A DNA stretch of 64,000 nucleotides from Carcharhinus longimanus (Eukaryota): NCBI GenBank assembly GCA_030264375.1, contig JASCQW010000099.1, forward strand, positions 55,576,685 to 55,640,684, read 5' to 3'. The number at the start of each line of letters is the position of its first letter. Position 1 is the first letter of the stretch. Shown here piece by piece: positions 1 through 13,459 of this stretch. The position numbers and the translations under genes were made by a program. The notes under the pieces were generated by a model. The model made no database searches, was not told where the DNA came from, and saw only the letters and a program-made list of their open reading frames with translations.

Positions 1-775
1 TACAATGATCACTGTCCATTAAATACTGTTCCCCTACTGACACTTGATCTCCTTCGGTCCCCAGAACCAGATCCAGCAGTGCCCCCTTCTGCATGGACTG
101 AAAACATATTGATCTCAAATTCCCCTGAATGCACTTCAGAAACCTTTCCCCTTCTCTGCCACTTACACTATTACTATTCCAATCTGTATTAGGATAAAGT
201 CCACAATGTATCTTCTCTATATTTTGCATCCTCTGTAATTTCCTTGCAAATTTGTTCCTCCACATCCTTCCCACTAATTGGTGATCTTTAGCATACACCC
301 TGTCGTGAATGTGAGAGTCCTTCTATTGTTCCTTAGCTCAAATAGTTTCTGTTCTTGACCTCGCTAGGACATCCTCTCTCTCTGGTACTAATATTCTCCT
401 TGATCAAAGCTGCCACCTATTTTTTATTTCTGCCCCTTTCTTTCCTGAACACCAGTGTATTTGCTAACTAGTCCTGCCCTTTTTTTAAGCCAGGTCTCTG
501 ACATCATATTCTCACTTGGCTATCTGTGCCTGATGCTCACTAGCCTTATTTACCACACCATGTACATTAATTTCCATACACAAATTTAAATTAGATTATA
601 TTGCATTTCCTTTTACTCTTACTCTCGCCACTTAATATTTTACTCTGGTGCTACCTGTGCTATCTGACCCTTCCCAAATCATTATGCACCTTATTTTCCT
701 TCTCTAATATTACCTTCTGGTTCCCCTCCCCCTGCCAAGTTAGTTTGAACCCTTCCCAACAGCACTAGCAAATCT
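1..775 (-). mobile_element. Degenerate CR1 LINE fragment (ORF1 end to endonuclease region)
   Basis: Reverse strand resembles CR1 ORF1 end (gctagtgctgttgggaagggttcaaacta) and the agtgatcat endonuclease motif. Confidence 0.65.
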
Positions 776-1005
776 TTGAGAAGTGAAATGAAAGTCATTA
801 TTTGTTTTAAGTGTATCTCTGAGAGTTTAAATGTCCATGTTTATAAATTTGCTACCTGAAAAACAATGTACTGTAAGTTTCTGGTTTTGGAACATGCGCA
901 TGGAAAAGCCTGCCTTCACAGTTTATAAAACTGTACATTACTAAAACACTTCTATTGGTGGAGGACATAATTTGCTTTAGTAACCTTTGAATATTTTATT
1001 GCCAG

Positions 1006-1108
1006 AAAATTAGTAGTTCATGGGTTTACTCTCAATGAAGCTGGTGAGAAAATGTCCAAATCTGTGGGAAATGTGGTGGATCCAGACGTTATTATTAATG
1101 GAGGGCAG
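1006..1108 (+). CDS. IARS2: IARS2 exon (~16), KMSKS motif
   Basis: cag|..[34 protein letters not shown]|gtaagt. Confidence 0.96.
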
Positions 1109-4100
1109 GTAAGTCATTATTGAGCTTCTCCTCTCCCTCCCCTAAAGAGTACTCCTTTTATGGTTGCTTTCATACCTTAAAGGTGGAAATAATGACAGCG
1201 TCTAAATGTATAAAAATAGTTTATTATAATATGCATCATAGAAACAGAAATGGGTCATTTAGCCCGTTAAGCCTGCTCTGCCTTTCAATTAAGTCATTAT
1301 TGAACTGAGACCTAACTCCAAATATACCCCACATATGTTCCCCTTTAATCTCTAATATCTTTGGTTAACAAAACCTATTAATCTCAAAACTAACAATTAA
1401 CCTAGCATCAATTGTTGTTTGTGGAAAAGAGTTGCAGGCATCTACCATCTTTTGCCTGTAGATTTATTTCCGAATTTCACTCCTGGAAGGTCTGCCTCTA
1501 ATTTTTAGACATTGCTCCCTGGTCCTGGACTCCCTAACCGGTTTAAAAAAAAGTTACTATCTACCCTATATGAATTCTTTAATATCTTGAAAAATTGATC
1601 ACATCATCCATTAACCTTTTAAACTTTAGGCAAGCAACCCTTGTTTTTGTAATGTTGTTTTGTAATTTAACGAATTAAATTTGAAGTCTAGTTATCAATC
1701 TCGTAAATCTACTGCCTCCAAAACCCACTATGTCGTTACTCTGACATGAGGTGCGAAAGACTGCTCATAGAATTCCAGGTGTGATCCAACCAGGTATTTG
1801 AGTAGCTGTAGCACGATTTCTGCTTCCCCGTATTTGAAATCCTCTAAATGTAAAAACCAATTCGATTTACCCTTTTATTTTCCGTATTGCCTCGTGATTA
1901 CTGTACAAGGGCCCCCAAATCTCCTTGGACCTTCACTATTTCTAGCTTTTAACCGTCTCTACATTATGCTGTTCTAACCTTTTTAGACCTAAGGGAATGG
2001 CCTCACATTTGTCTACATTGAAATCCATTTACCACTATTTTGTTCATTCTGATAATTTAATATCCCTTTGTAATTCTACACTGCATGATGTGCCACCTAT
2101 CCTTTGTCACTGGCAAACTTGGGGATGCAACTTTCTGCCACGTTATCTGAATTGTTAATCAGCTAGGTGAATAGTTTAGACCCCGACACACATCGTTGCA
2201 GGGCATCGCAATCACGTCCTACCAATTAGAGCACTTACCCATTATCCCTAGAGGTTATCCCCTGCCACTCAATGAATTTCCTAACCAGGCCAATTATTTG
2301 TCTTCTATAAGTCTCTATGAGGGACTTTATCAAATGCCCCTGGAAGTCCATATAAATAATATCTGTAGACATTCCTCGGTGCAATAAGTTCTTTAAAAAA
2401 TTCAATCAGATTTGTAAGGATTTGTTTGTTCTGAAGAAAGTTATGTCGTTATTTGCGTGGTCAAGAAATTTCTTTGCATCCAGCAATAATTCATGCAAAT
2501 TGTGTATTGAATATATATAAAGATAATCACATAATTTATAAATTACGTATGTCCTTTATTTACATAATATCAACTGTATTTAGCAGAATTGCATTTGTTA
2601 TATAGGATCCAAACCAAAATCCAGCCTATGGAGCAGATGTTCTTCGCTGGTGGGCAGCAGAGTCCAATGTTTTCACAGAAGTTTTGATTGGACAAAATGT
2701 ACTGCATGCAGCCAGAGATGATGTTTTTAAGGTGAGAGATGCAGTAAAATTAATTCTGAAGCTTGCTCACTAAGATGTACATAATATGTTTTGACCACAA
2801 CGTGTTTCATTATTAATTTTATTACTTGAATTTATAAAGAACACTTTTTATTCAGTTCAATTATGACAGTCTGAACTTGGACTGAGTGATGGAGCATATT
2901 GACCAAAGCAATGCACTGCATATTGGTATTGCACATTTGAGCACTTTTGGCAATGCCATGGAACATTAGATGAAGTTTTGTTTATTGGGCTTGGTAATCA
3001 ATCTGGGTTGCATTGTGTGGGTCGATCATAGACAGACATCCACTATACAACCTGCCACTGGCAACAAAAATTGGATTGATCCACTGTCACCAAGTTACTA
3101 TTGTGCATTTCCTGGCTTGGCAGCCAGTTAATTTGAAGATTAACCAATGTCTGAAAGCTGCCTGCAGGGAAAACATCCTCCTCAAAGAACACCACTAGCT
3201 GACATTCTGCAAAGCATTCCTATTGACACAAGGCCTCAAAAACAGTGGAGGCTCTCATCTGAAATACTGTGATCCCTGCTGAAGCACCCTCCACCCCCTC
3301 CAAACTGTCAACAGCGCCACCTCTTGACGGCAGACCTGGTTGACTGCAAACATCACCAACCATAAACCGGCAACTGAGCCGAGTGATCAAGTCCCAGGTT
3401 TCAACTTTCCACTGAAAACCTGGACAATCTTCAACTGCTTGACGGCTGGCCAGGGAAGGTGTGGCCACTTGCTGCACTGGTGGAACATGAAGAATAGCTG
3501 AAATTGTGACTGGCCATTTGATTTGGGCCATTGTCCACATGCTGCACTCCTGCCCTGAGAGATCCATTCCTGTTGACAGCACAACCAACACACTGTGTTA
3601 GCTGAAGCTGCTGAATGGATTGTGAACCTCAACATCAAACTACAACTGCTTCCCCAGCCATATGAACTTTAGAAGTCTATATAATTGGCAGCAGAGGAAC
3701 TGAAAACACCAGAGAGAAATTTGAGAATGCCATACCTTTCCGCGGAGGAGAAATACTCAGAAAAAAAATCAAAACAGTTTGTAAACAAGATAATACTTAG
3801 CCAGCCTTTGTACACCAAGGAAAAGCTGATTTGTTAAACTAACAAGAAAATGGCATTTGTTACATTTTCAAAGGACTAGTAAAAATAAGCTAATTTAGAT
3901 TTAGAAGTAAATTTTCATTTCCATTACTAAATGAATTAGAAGCAAAAGGGAATAAGTGCAGGATTTGGATGAAAAGCCATCAGCAAGAGTGTGAAATAAA
4001 AGAAAAATCGCATAGGATTATTCAAATACGGAATGCTTCACACAAATGTCCAATAAAGCTGTGCCAATCACGGCAACAATTAATGGAAAATTTAAAAGGG

Positions 4101-7100
4101 TACAGACAAGCGAAAGAATAGGGATTAGATACCTCTGGGGAGCTGTCAGTTGGCACACACGGTGACTCGAATGACAGCGATTATATAATTTATTATGAAT
4201 CCTTAAACCTACCTGACATTTAAATGGCAAGAGAAGAGAGAGTTTTTTAATGAATTTTAAAAAATCCACCTTTTTCAAGTTGAGCTTTATTCCAAAGAAG
4301 GATCAAATTCACATGTTTCTGTTAAATTCAAACAGATTATTTCTAAATTTTGGTTTGTGATTGAGATTAAAAGTATTGGTTCAGAATTTAATTTTTTTTT
4401 AAATGTCAGGTATTGAATCTGAAATAAAACAACATTTTGGGAGATGCCTAGGCGCAATGCAAGATTTGAAGAATGGTCAGGAATCGAAACATTGACTTGT
4501 CTGTTACTTAAACATATGTAAACCATACGCTGCATGGGTTCTGTTGTAGTGCCAAAGAGAGGCACTTTTTTGCTCTTCCAGTGTAACCCAGTGAGATTAT
4601 TGAACTTTCTCATTAAAGAAGTTTTTGAACAGTGCAACTGTTCACCTATTAGGAAAAGATGTTGTAAAAGTACACTATTCTAACTCACTGTGTCAACTGG
4701 TTCCTACATTTATATATCCCATCTTTAGGACATCTCAAAGTATTTCATTGCCAATGACAGGGTGTACTTACTGTTATGTTACACACTGATTTTGAAAATA
4801 TTGTTTTAGTCTGAATGCAAATGTTTTGTTAGTAAAGGAGCACAAAATTGGCTTGATTTTAAACATTTGAAAAGGAAAGTATCTGAGAATTAGATAAATC
4901 AAATCTGAGATGAACTATTTGACTTTATAACATAGTACATTATGCAGAAATTGTTTGAACATTGCACCAGTAAAGTGTTTCGTTTATAACATGAACCAGG
5001 AAAATGTTATTACTAATCATTATATCAAAGTTTGCGGTGACTTTTTCAGAAATGCCTAACACATTTTCATTAAAAATTGCCACTAACCTGTGATTCTTGA
5101 ATTACACTGACAAGTCATTATCATCATATCATACCTACAGTGCAAAAGGAGGCCATTCAGCACATCAAGCCTGCATCAACAACAATCCCATTCAGATCCT
5201 ATCTCCATAACTGCACGTATTTACTCTGCTAGTCCACCTGATACTAAGGGGTAATTTAGCATGGCCAATCAACCTAACCTGCAAATCTTTGGAGTGTGGG
5301 AGGAAACCAGAGCACCCGGGGGAAACCCACACAGATGCAAGAGAACGCAAACTCTACACAGTCACCTGAGGCTGGAATTGAACCCAGATCCTTGGCACTG
5401 TGAGACAGCAGTACTAACTACTGTGCCACCGTGCTGCCAGATGCTCCTTAGATTTATGGTAAAGACAATCTACCATGTTGCTTGATGTAGAAAAACTTGA
5501 AGGCTTGCAGATTTTGATAATTGCTTTATCTTCTGTTTTTTTCAGTTACGGAATACGTTACGCTTTATGTTGGGGAATCTTTATGATTTTGACCCTGAAA
5601 CTGATGCAATTCCAAGTGAACAAATGCTAATAGTGGATCAGTATATGCTTCACCTCCTTCAAGATTACAGTACCAAGGTAATGTCACCAAAATATCCATC
5701 ATCATTCTTTAAAGCACTGGGCACAAAAGTTATAAATTCCCAAGGCACAACAATACCTATTGTAGAATGTTTGGAATAATTAACTTCTCCACTGATGTTA
5801 GAAAAAAATGCATTGAACGATTGAGACTAATAAGTGAATTTATTAAACAAACAGTTATCATACTGAATTGTAATTTCCTGGTATTATCACCTGAATGAAT
5901 CCAGGCTAGTGGAACATTATATGCATGTGTGAAGGGGTTAAAGCTATTGCTGACTGTGCTTTTTATTAATTTGTGTGGTGTGGGAATCTCTGGCAAAACC
6001 CACATTTATTGTGCAATCTTAATTGAGAAGTTGGTACTGGACTGCTGCAGTGTAGGTGGTGAAGAAGTCCTGCAGTGCTATTGAGGAGGAAATTCCAGGA
6101 TTTTGACCCAACAATGAAGAAGAAACTGCATTATATTTCCAAGTCACAGTGTGAAGGGAGTGATGTTCCCAAATGTCTGCTGCCTTTACCCTTCAAGGTT
6201 GTTGAGATTGCACATTTGGTAGGTGTTGTTGAAGAAGCCATGATGAAGTTGTGCTGCGTTTTGTATGTAATACACTCTGCAGTCACAGTGTATGGTGGAA
6301 GGAATTAATATCTAAGGTGGCGGTGAATGGGGTGCCAATTAAGCAGGCTGCTTTGTCCATGGATGATGATAAACTTCTTGAAGTGTTGTTGGAGCTGCAC
6401 TCCACCAGGCAAAGGTAGAATATTCCATCACAATTGACTCGTGCCATGCTAAAGGTGTAAAAGATTTTGGGGTGTCAGGTGATGAATTAGCCATTGCAAA
6501 ATATCCATCCTCTGACCTGCTCCTGGAACCACAGTACTTGTATGGCTGGTTCCATTTAAATTTCTGGTTGGCGGTAACCTTTTGGAAGTTGATGGTGAGG
6601 AAAATCAACAACCAAATGCTGTTGAATATCATGGGGAGCTGATTAGATTCACCCCTTGGAGATAGTCATTGTCTGGCACTTGTGTGGCATGAATATAACT
6701 TTCCGCTGATCAGCCCAAGTCTGAATGTTGTCTAGGTCTTGCTATATATGCACATGGGCTACTCCAGAATCTGAGGAATAGCAAATGGTACTGAACACTA
6801 TGCTATAATCAGCAGTATTAATTTAACAAATGGCCTGAACAAAAAAGAACTCACAGGTCAAGAATGTCCATCAGTGGCAGAATTTAATTTCAGTTATACT
6901 CAGCTTTGTGTTTTTAATATTTTTAAGCTGCTGAAATATATGCATTTTGCCATAATCATTCACCAGAGGATCTGTTTTTAATTTTATTCAGGTTACAGAG
7001 GCTTATAAAGAGTATGATTTTGGAAAAGTTATTCGCCTCTTGATGGCATTTATTAACAGAGAACTCTCTAACTTTTACTTCAGCATCATCAAAGATCGGT

Positions 7101-10100
7101 TAGTATAATATTTAAAACTACTGTGTTTAGTAAGTACTTTAAATGGACTGCCAAACCAGACCAAACAATTAAAACAAATGGCTTAATGGTATTATTTTAC
7201 AACCAGAACTGTAATGAATAGTTTACATTTAAAAATAAATAGTGGGCAAAGCTACACAATCCATATTTACTGACTACCACCATCAGTTGCTCTGAGAAGG
7301 CAGTGAAAGGCTGCCTTCATGAACTGCTGCAGTCCTTGTATGATGGTGCTTCCACATTGATATTAACTATGGAATTCTACGATATAAATAAATATACAAG
7401 TGAGTGGTGATGCATTCCATGTTCAGACTATGTTACTCCAAGGTGACGGTATTCCCACAATATTTTCTCTCGTGCTTTTTGGTGATATCAGTTATAGGTG
7501 AGAGCTGTGCTGTTAAATTGCTGCAGTACAACTTATAGATCAGACATACTGCAACCACAGTGCACCAGTGGTGGAGCCAGTGCATATTCAGTCCAATGTC
7601 ACAGGCACCAATCAAGAAACCTACTCTCTCCTGGATGATGTTGAGTTTCTTAATGCTGAATATTTCATTACTCCTGACTTGAACCTTGTAAATGGTGGTG
7701 AGCCTTTAAGAGAACAGGAAATGAGCCCCTCGTTGCAGAATATGAACCTCTATCCTGTTCTTGTAGCTACGGTAATAATCTGACTGGTCTGTTTAGTTTC
7801 TAGTCAGCACTGACCTCCAAGATAATAGGGCAACTCTATAATAGCGGTCCAGCTAAAGGACAGAGAAAATAATTGGCCTTTCCCTTGTTCATTACTTGGT
7901 ATTTAAGTGGCACAATTGTTACCTATCATTTTTCAGGCCAAGCTCGTCTGGTATCTAAGTCTTGTTGGTTAGCATGAACTGCTTCGTTAATAAGAGCTAG
8001 CAATGGAACTGATGTGGGTTTGTTATTGTCTGCTGGAGATATTAGAGATTGCCTGTCTAAACAGTGTTGTATTAAAATTACAGATTATATTGTGAAGATG
8101 AGAAAAACCCCAAGCGTCGATCATGTCAGACAGTTTTAGATGAAGCATTAGATGTAATCTCTCGTTCTATGGCCCCAATTCTGCCTCACCTTGCAGAGGA
8201 AGTATTCCAGCACCTACCAAACATTAAAGGTAGCGTTTCTTCAATGCTATTATTTGCTTTTAGTAATATAAAAGTTATAACTCAAAATACATTGAATGCA
8301 TATTTAAATCAAGAATAAACCTCTTACGTTTCTTGGTTATCTTTCAGAGCCTATGAGTGTGTTTCGTACAGGCTGGATAAAAGCCAGTTCTGTTTGGAAG
8401 AAGCCTGGCATTGTGGAGGCTATTGAGGGTGCTTCTGCAATAAGAGACAGTTTCTTGAGCTCCATACCTGGAAAAAACTCAACTGAGTATGATGTAACCA
8501 TTATCATTGAGCCTAGCTTGTTGCTCGAGTTGATGGAGGTAATTCTAGCCAACTTTGGCAGAAATCTTGACATAAAGAAAACTACATTTACTTAAATTAA
8601 CTTATTATAAGAAAAATTGGACATTATTGGATCCAGGATTTGGGTGAAAAAATAAATGTTCGCAGGTCAAACTTCAGGTCAGGATTTACCGTGCCTGATT
8701 ACTTGCAAACATTTGGCATGGCTGACCTTTAGCCCACCTGGCACAGCACACATGAATACGGGTATGGTGATGGACCTAATCTGAAACCATGCAAAGAAAT
8801 GCTAATTTTATCAAATGTTCAAATTGGTGTGCTGCCCTTGAATAGTAGGGTTGTCAGAAGTAGAGCAAGGAAAATAGCAAAGGAAAGCAATAGAGACCTG
8901 CAACCACTGGAATGTGTGCAAATGATGAGGTGGGTCAGAAGCCCTTGAATTACAAAGGTCTTTTACTTCAGAATGAACAGTGAAGAGGAGTTTAATTGGT
9001 GGCTGCAGGCCAATGTCAGGGCATGCTTGTTTTAATTACTGGCTGTGAAGATCACTGTGGCCTGAAATTTCTACATCTCCGGGTTCTTCCAGCCTTCTAC
9101 AGGTGTCATTGAACAAAGAGAATTACAGCACGGGAACAGGCCTTTCGGCCCTCATCCTGCATTGACCATGCTGCCCGACTTAACTAAAACCCCCATAGGC
9201 AGCATATGTCAATTTGCTGCCCGCATCAACAAATTAAACCATTTTATCATCCTTCCTATGAAGATAGTGCTTTATTTTCTGGCTATGTGGTCAGTATTGC
9301 TGGTTTCCCACAGGCCCGGGGTATTATTTATTGTGAACACATTATTCTAAGATTCTGTGAAAACAATGCATGAAGACCATGCATTTTTGTTAATAGGATA
9401 AATAGCTGAGATGTAGTCATCTTTACAAAACATGGTTACAAGGTGATCAGGTTTGGTAAATAAGAATTCCAGGATACACAACATTTCTAAAAGACAGGCA
9501 GAATAGAAAAGGAGAAGTAGCACTGATCATAAAGGATGACATGATGGCATCAGTGAAAAATAATCTTGGCTCAGAAAATTAGGAAATAGAACCAGTATGG
9601 GTGGAGGTTCAGAGAATGCTAGTAGGTGGTGTTAATAGGCACTCTAACAGTAGTTATACCATTGAGCAGAGCATTAAATAAGAAATTATTGGAGCTTGTA
9701 ATAAAGGCACTGTATAATAGTTGTGGGGGATAACCCTTCATATCAATCACATTAATCTTCACGTTGACTGGATCATTCAAATTGTCAAAAGTTTGAGTTT
9801 GTAGAATGTATCTGTGACAGTTTCCTGAAACAATATGTTGTGAAAGCAACTAGGGATAAAACTATGTTATATCTAAATATTATGTACTGAAGCAGGGTTA
9901 ATTAGTAATGTCATTGTAAAAGATCGACTACCAAATAGTGACCGGAATGCAACTGAAGTCCACATTTAAACTTGAAAATTCCTTATGCCAATCACAAGGA
10001 AGAATATTAAAATTAAACAAAGGCAGGTGTGAGGGGAGAACTGGCTAAGGTTTATTAGATAAATTGACTAAAGGGTATGTCAGTAAATAAGTGGAAAACA

Positions 10101-13100
10101 TGTAAAGGAACAACTTAAAATGTTCAACAAAATTAAATTTTCCATTGAAAAATTATCTATAGTTGACTAAAGAAGTTGAGAATTGTAAAAGGCTTAAAAT
10201 TCTTCAAATAACTGTAGTAAGTCTAAGGAGTGGGAGTGTTTTAGAAATCAACAAAGGACCAACAAAAGGTTAATTAAAAAGAGGAAAAATAGAACATGAG
10301 AGTAAACTAACCAGTAATAGAAAAAACAGATTGTAAGTGCTTCTGCATATGTATAAAAAGGAAGAGTAGCAAAAGTAAATGTTAGGCCTTTAGAAGCAGA
10401 GACATTGAACAAATATTCCATTCCTCCTCACAAAAGAGGACACAAGTTACATAGAAGAGTGAGGTAATTAATATCACCAGAGAACTAGTACTTTTCAAAC
10501 TCAAGAGACTAAATTCCAACAAATACCCAGGACCTATGGCCTACATTTTATGGTTCTAAAAGATGTAGCTGCAGAGATGGTGAATGCACAGGCTATTCTG
10601 TCACAGTCCCAGCAGATTAGTAGTCAACAAATATAACACCACTATTCAAGAAAGATGATGGAGAGAAAACAGAAAATTACGCACCACTTAACCTGATGTC
10701 AGCATCATAATAGTGCTAGAATCTATTATTAAAGAAGTCTGAACAATGTTTTTAAAAACATAATTGTAATTGTTGGTGTTTAAAGAAACTTGTGTGTACT
10801 TGTACAAGGAACACAAAATTAACACATAGCAAGTAATTAGAAAAGTAAAGAACGTGTTGACCTTTATTGCAGAGAGATTGGAATACAAAGACAAGTCTTC
10901 CTACAATTATACTGGGTTTTGACAAGATCACACCTGGAATACTGTACAATTTTGTCTCCACATTTAAGAACATGAAGCTAACTATCTCAGAATGCAACAA
11001 TAGCCACCATCCTGCAGTTTAGAAGCCCAGAACAATATCCATTTTAATCCTGTTATAAATGCACACAGGCATAGTAAGACCAAATTGTGGCAGGTGTGAT
11101 TTCTGTACATTTCATCAACTAGCATGCACAGTTTTTGGTAAATGTTTTAAGTGAGCCACATGGCTGTTTGCTGTACACAAAAGCCAAGGTTTTGAATCAA
11201 ATTTAACGTAGAAAGACTTGATCTCCTGTTTAAAAATATGGCACTCTATATTCTAAGTTTACCTCTTTTGTCTCAAGCAACTGCAGGGGGAGCAAATATC
11301 CAGTTCTTCACAATTGAACGAGTTAATGATGGCATCACATACGACATTACTTACTAGTGTTCCTCGTGATCTGCCTATAGATACAAATTTTATTGAAGGA
11401 AAATTTGTAATCAATTTAGAAGGTAAACTAGTTTTATAGTCACTTTCCTGTTATGGATTAGGATTTTTGAGCCTTAAATTTCTCTTCAATTGTGTATACA
11501 TGAAGAAACTTTATAAGTAAGTTCAAAAAAGAATTGAAACTGCTGTTCACAGTAGAATAAATGTTTTTCAGTGGACAGGCTGATACTTGGTTTGGTTTTG
11601 AAATTGTTTCTGAAAATGTTGGCATGGAGTTGGTTCTGCAGAGGTTCATATTTCATAATTTGGTTTTAAATTTCATTGATTACCAGAAAATTGGTATGAT
11701 TGTAGTTGCAACACTAACACACCAAGACTATAGATAATACTCTAACACTGAAGTTTGATTTAGTGGCTACCTGTTATCTTGAATATTTAATAGATGCAAC
11801 TTTATATTTTTATGTTTCATTTATTGTAATAGGAATTGTAAATTCTTTTAAACAAGTACACTGCCATTTTTTTGCTTTATGAATGAATTGTGCAAATCAA
11901 TTAAGTGAACAATAAGAGTTTGGAGTTGAAATAAGAAAATTGGATAGCAGATTATTTAAAATTAAAACTAATTTGGTGACAAAGTAAACTAACATCACTG
12001 GAGACTTCAGCTAAAAGAGTTATTCTTTCTGTTTGAATCACGAGTCTGGATAAACAATTGATGTTGAAACAATTCTAATGATACTGATCATTATGGTTAG
12101 GGTTATGATCTCAAAGTAAATTGCTTTGCAGATGAATGAGCATTCGTTATGTTAAAAAAAAGTAAAAGGGAGGAAAAAAACTACTGAACAAAACCATTTT
12201 AAAAAAAATTTCACTTCTTCTGTATAACTTGAAAATTGGTCAAAATTTGTATTAATCACAAAATAATTTGATTATACTTCCCCACTGCCTAAAGCAACAG
12301 TGAGGGAACATAAAATTGCTGTAATGATGAAGAAATTATAAATGACAATAGCAGAAACAGAACTGCAGGTAGAGAGCTGGAAGATCAAATCTTGTGTTAC
12401 AATTCGGGTCAGAAATTCTCAAGTGTTTCATGAAGCCCTCTGGCTAATATGTTTCACCTTCGGTATGATTCCACTAGGGAGCTTTTATCAAACAAAGTTT
12501 GTTTAAGAATATAATTAACATGTATGAAAAGAAAATTATCATGGTTTTGTTTTTGTTTGTAATTGATGTTATTACTAATGTATAACCCTTAACAAAGCTA
12601 TCTAAAATGTTGCAATCAAACAAAAGTTCCCACAGACAAAAAACCCTTTCCACAGGTTTAGCCCAGCAAAGACTAATGCTCATATGATACTGGAACGGAG
12701 TCCTTTTGATTGGAGAATTGAAACCCCCTCATCTTAGCTTGTAACTTCTGGTAGCCCTCTCTAGATACACACAGAACAGTCTGAAGTCAGAACAACTTCC
12801 CAGAACACCAAGGAGTGTGTCTGGTCAAGCCACCAACAGCAGATATTCTACTCCAGGAAGGCAAGAAGCCTTATTTTCAGCTAACCAGCAGAATTTCCAT
12901 TTTAAAAAAAAGGAAGAGAGAAAAATGCTTCTTTTCAGCTTGATGTCTCTTCTAAACTCAAACTACTGCCAACCAAAACAGAAAACGAAACCTTAAATTC
13001 ATTAGAAGAAGACTGTCCGAAACACATGACCTTTCTCCTAACAATGCAAGATCATAAAACATCCCAGAGTATAAACAAACCCCATTTAATCCACTGAAGG

Positions 13101-13459
13101 AGCAATAAAAGGATTTATACAGCAGGCCAGCAACAATGAGAGCTGCAGAGAATATGATTTTTTTAAATCTCAAAGGTACATTAACATCACACTTCAATAA
13201 TACAAAAATGCTTTGTCAGCTATAGGAAAAACAGTTTGAGATAAAAGAATTAACGCTTATATGCAAGAATGTTCTTATATTTACAATTATTCCTAATTGC
13301 TTGACAGGTGGTGATATTATTGAGGAATCATCGTACAAAATAATTGTTCAATCCGCTACCAAAGAAAAATGTCCTCGATGCAAGAAATACACATCATCCT
13401 CAGCATTAACACCCTGCCCTCGTTGCTTGGAAGCCATTGCTGGAAAGTGGAGCACTTAA
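1006..13459 (+). CDS. IARS2: Mitochondrial isoleucyl-tRNA synthetase, 3' part (8 coding exons, 5' end outside window)
   Basis: Eight GT-AG exons (103,126,132,107,146,191,145,152 nt) join in frame; contains [42 protein letters not shown] and CPRC..CPRC; adjacent to RAB3GAP2 as in human. Confidence 0.97.
1236..2420 (-). mobile_element. CR1 LINE 3' fragment
   Basis: CR1-type tail at about 1236-1310 followed by decayed RT C-terminal sequence. Confidence 0.75.
2606..2731 (+). CDS. IARS2: IARS2 exon (~17)
   Basis: tag|[42 protein letters not shown]|gtgag. Confidence 0.96.
3040..3667 (+). mobile_element. Vingi/Ingi-like LINE 3' relic
   Basis: From 3391 translates [39 protein letters not shown], then HMLHSCPER and [11 protein letters not shown]. 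Confidence 0.65.
5130..5438 (-). mobile_element. V-SINE (HE1-like) with CR1-type tail
   Basis: tRNA-like head (ggcacagtagttagtactgctg..ggttcaattcc), V-domain gtgggtttcc..ggtttcctcccac, ggccatgctaaatt. Confidence 0.85.
5546..5677 (+). CDS. IARS2: IARS2 exon (~18)
   Basis: cag|[44 protein letters not shown]|gtaat. Confidence 0.96.
5967..6815 (-). mobile_element. CR1/L2-group LINE 3' fragment
   Basis: Shares gggtcaaaatcctggaa and gacttggaaatata motifs with copies near 7270, 38800, 44715 and 62855. Confidence 0.7.
6992..7098 (+). CDS. IARS2: IARS2 exon (~19)
   Basis: cag|[36 protein letters not shown]|gttag. Confidence 0.96.
7270..7990 (-). mobile_element. CR1/L2-group LINE fragment (same family as 5967)
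   Basis: Degenerate colinear match to 5967-6815. Confidence 0.6.
8084..8229 (+). CDS. IARS2: IARS2 exon (~20)
   Basis: cag|[48 protein letters not shown]|gtag. Confidence 0.96.
8348..8538 (+). CDS. IARS2: IARS2 exon (~21)
   Basis: cag|[30 protein letters not shown]|gtaat; follows a 118-nt intron. Confidence 0.95.
9320..11000 (+). mobile_element. Degenerate CR1 LINE ORF2 (endonuclease to RT)
   Basis: Decayed CR1 motifs tatgggtggag, agtgacc, ccactattcaagaaag, acacctggaatactgt; no intact ORF. Confidence 0.75.
11278..11422 (+). CDS. IARS2: IARS2 exon (~22)
   Basis: aag|[48 protein letters not shown]|gtaaa; alternative in-frame CAG 9 nt downstream. Confidence 0.9.
12395..13191 (-). mobile_element. 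Probable solo LTR (Gypsy-like)
   Basis: TGTTAC...CATCACA termini (TG..CA), flanks cttg/cttc as a 4-bp TSD with one mismatch, 797 bp. Confidence 0.6.
13308..13459 (+). CDS. IARS2: IARS2 last coding exon, C-terminal zinc finger
   Basis: cag|[50 protein letters not shown]; TAA at 13457-13459. Confidence 0.95.

Noticed and set aside
4141-4179. gctgtca..tgacagc hairpin resembling a miRNA precursor
   Set aside because: Only a 7-bp closing stem, too short for a pre-miRNA, and no full miR-192/215 match.
1-13459. miR-194/miR-215 cluster known from a human IARS2 intron
   Set aside because: No match to the mature sequences seen by eye on either strand; the host intron probably lies upstream of this window.
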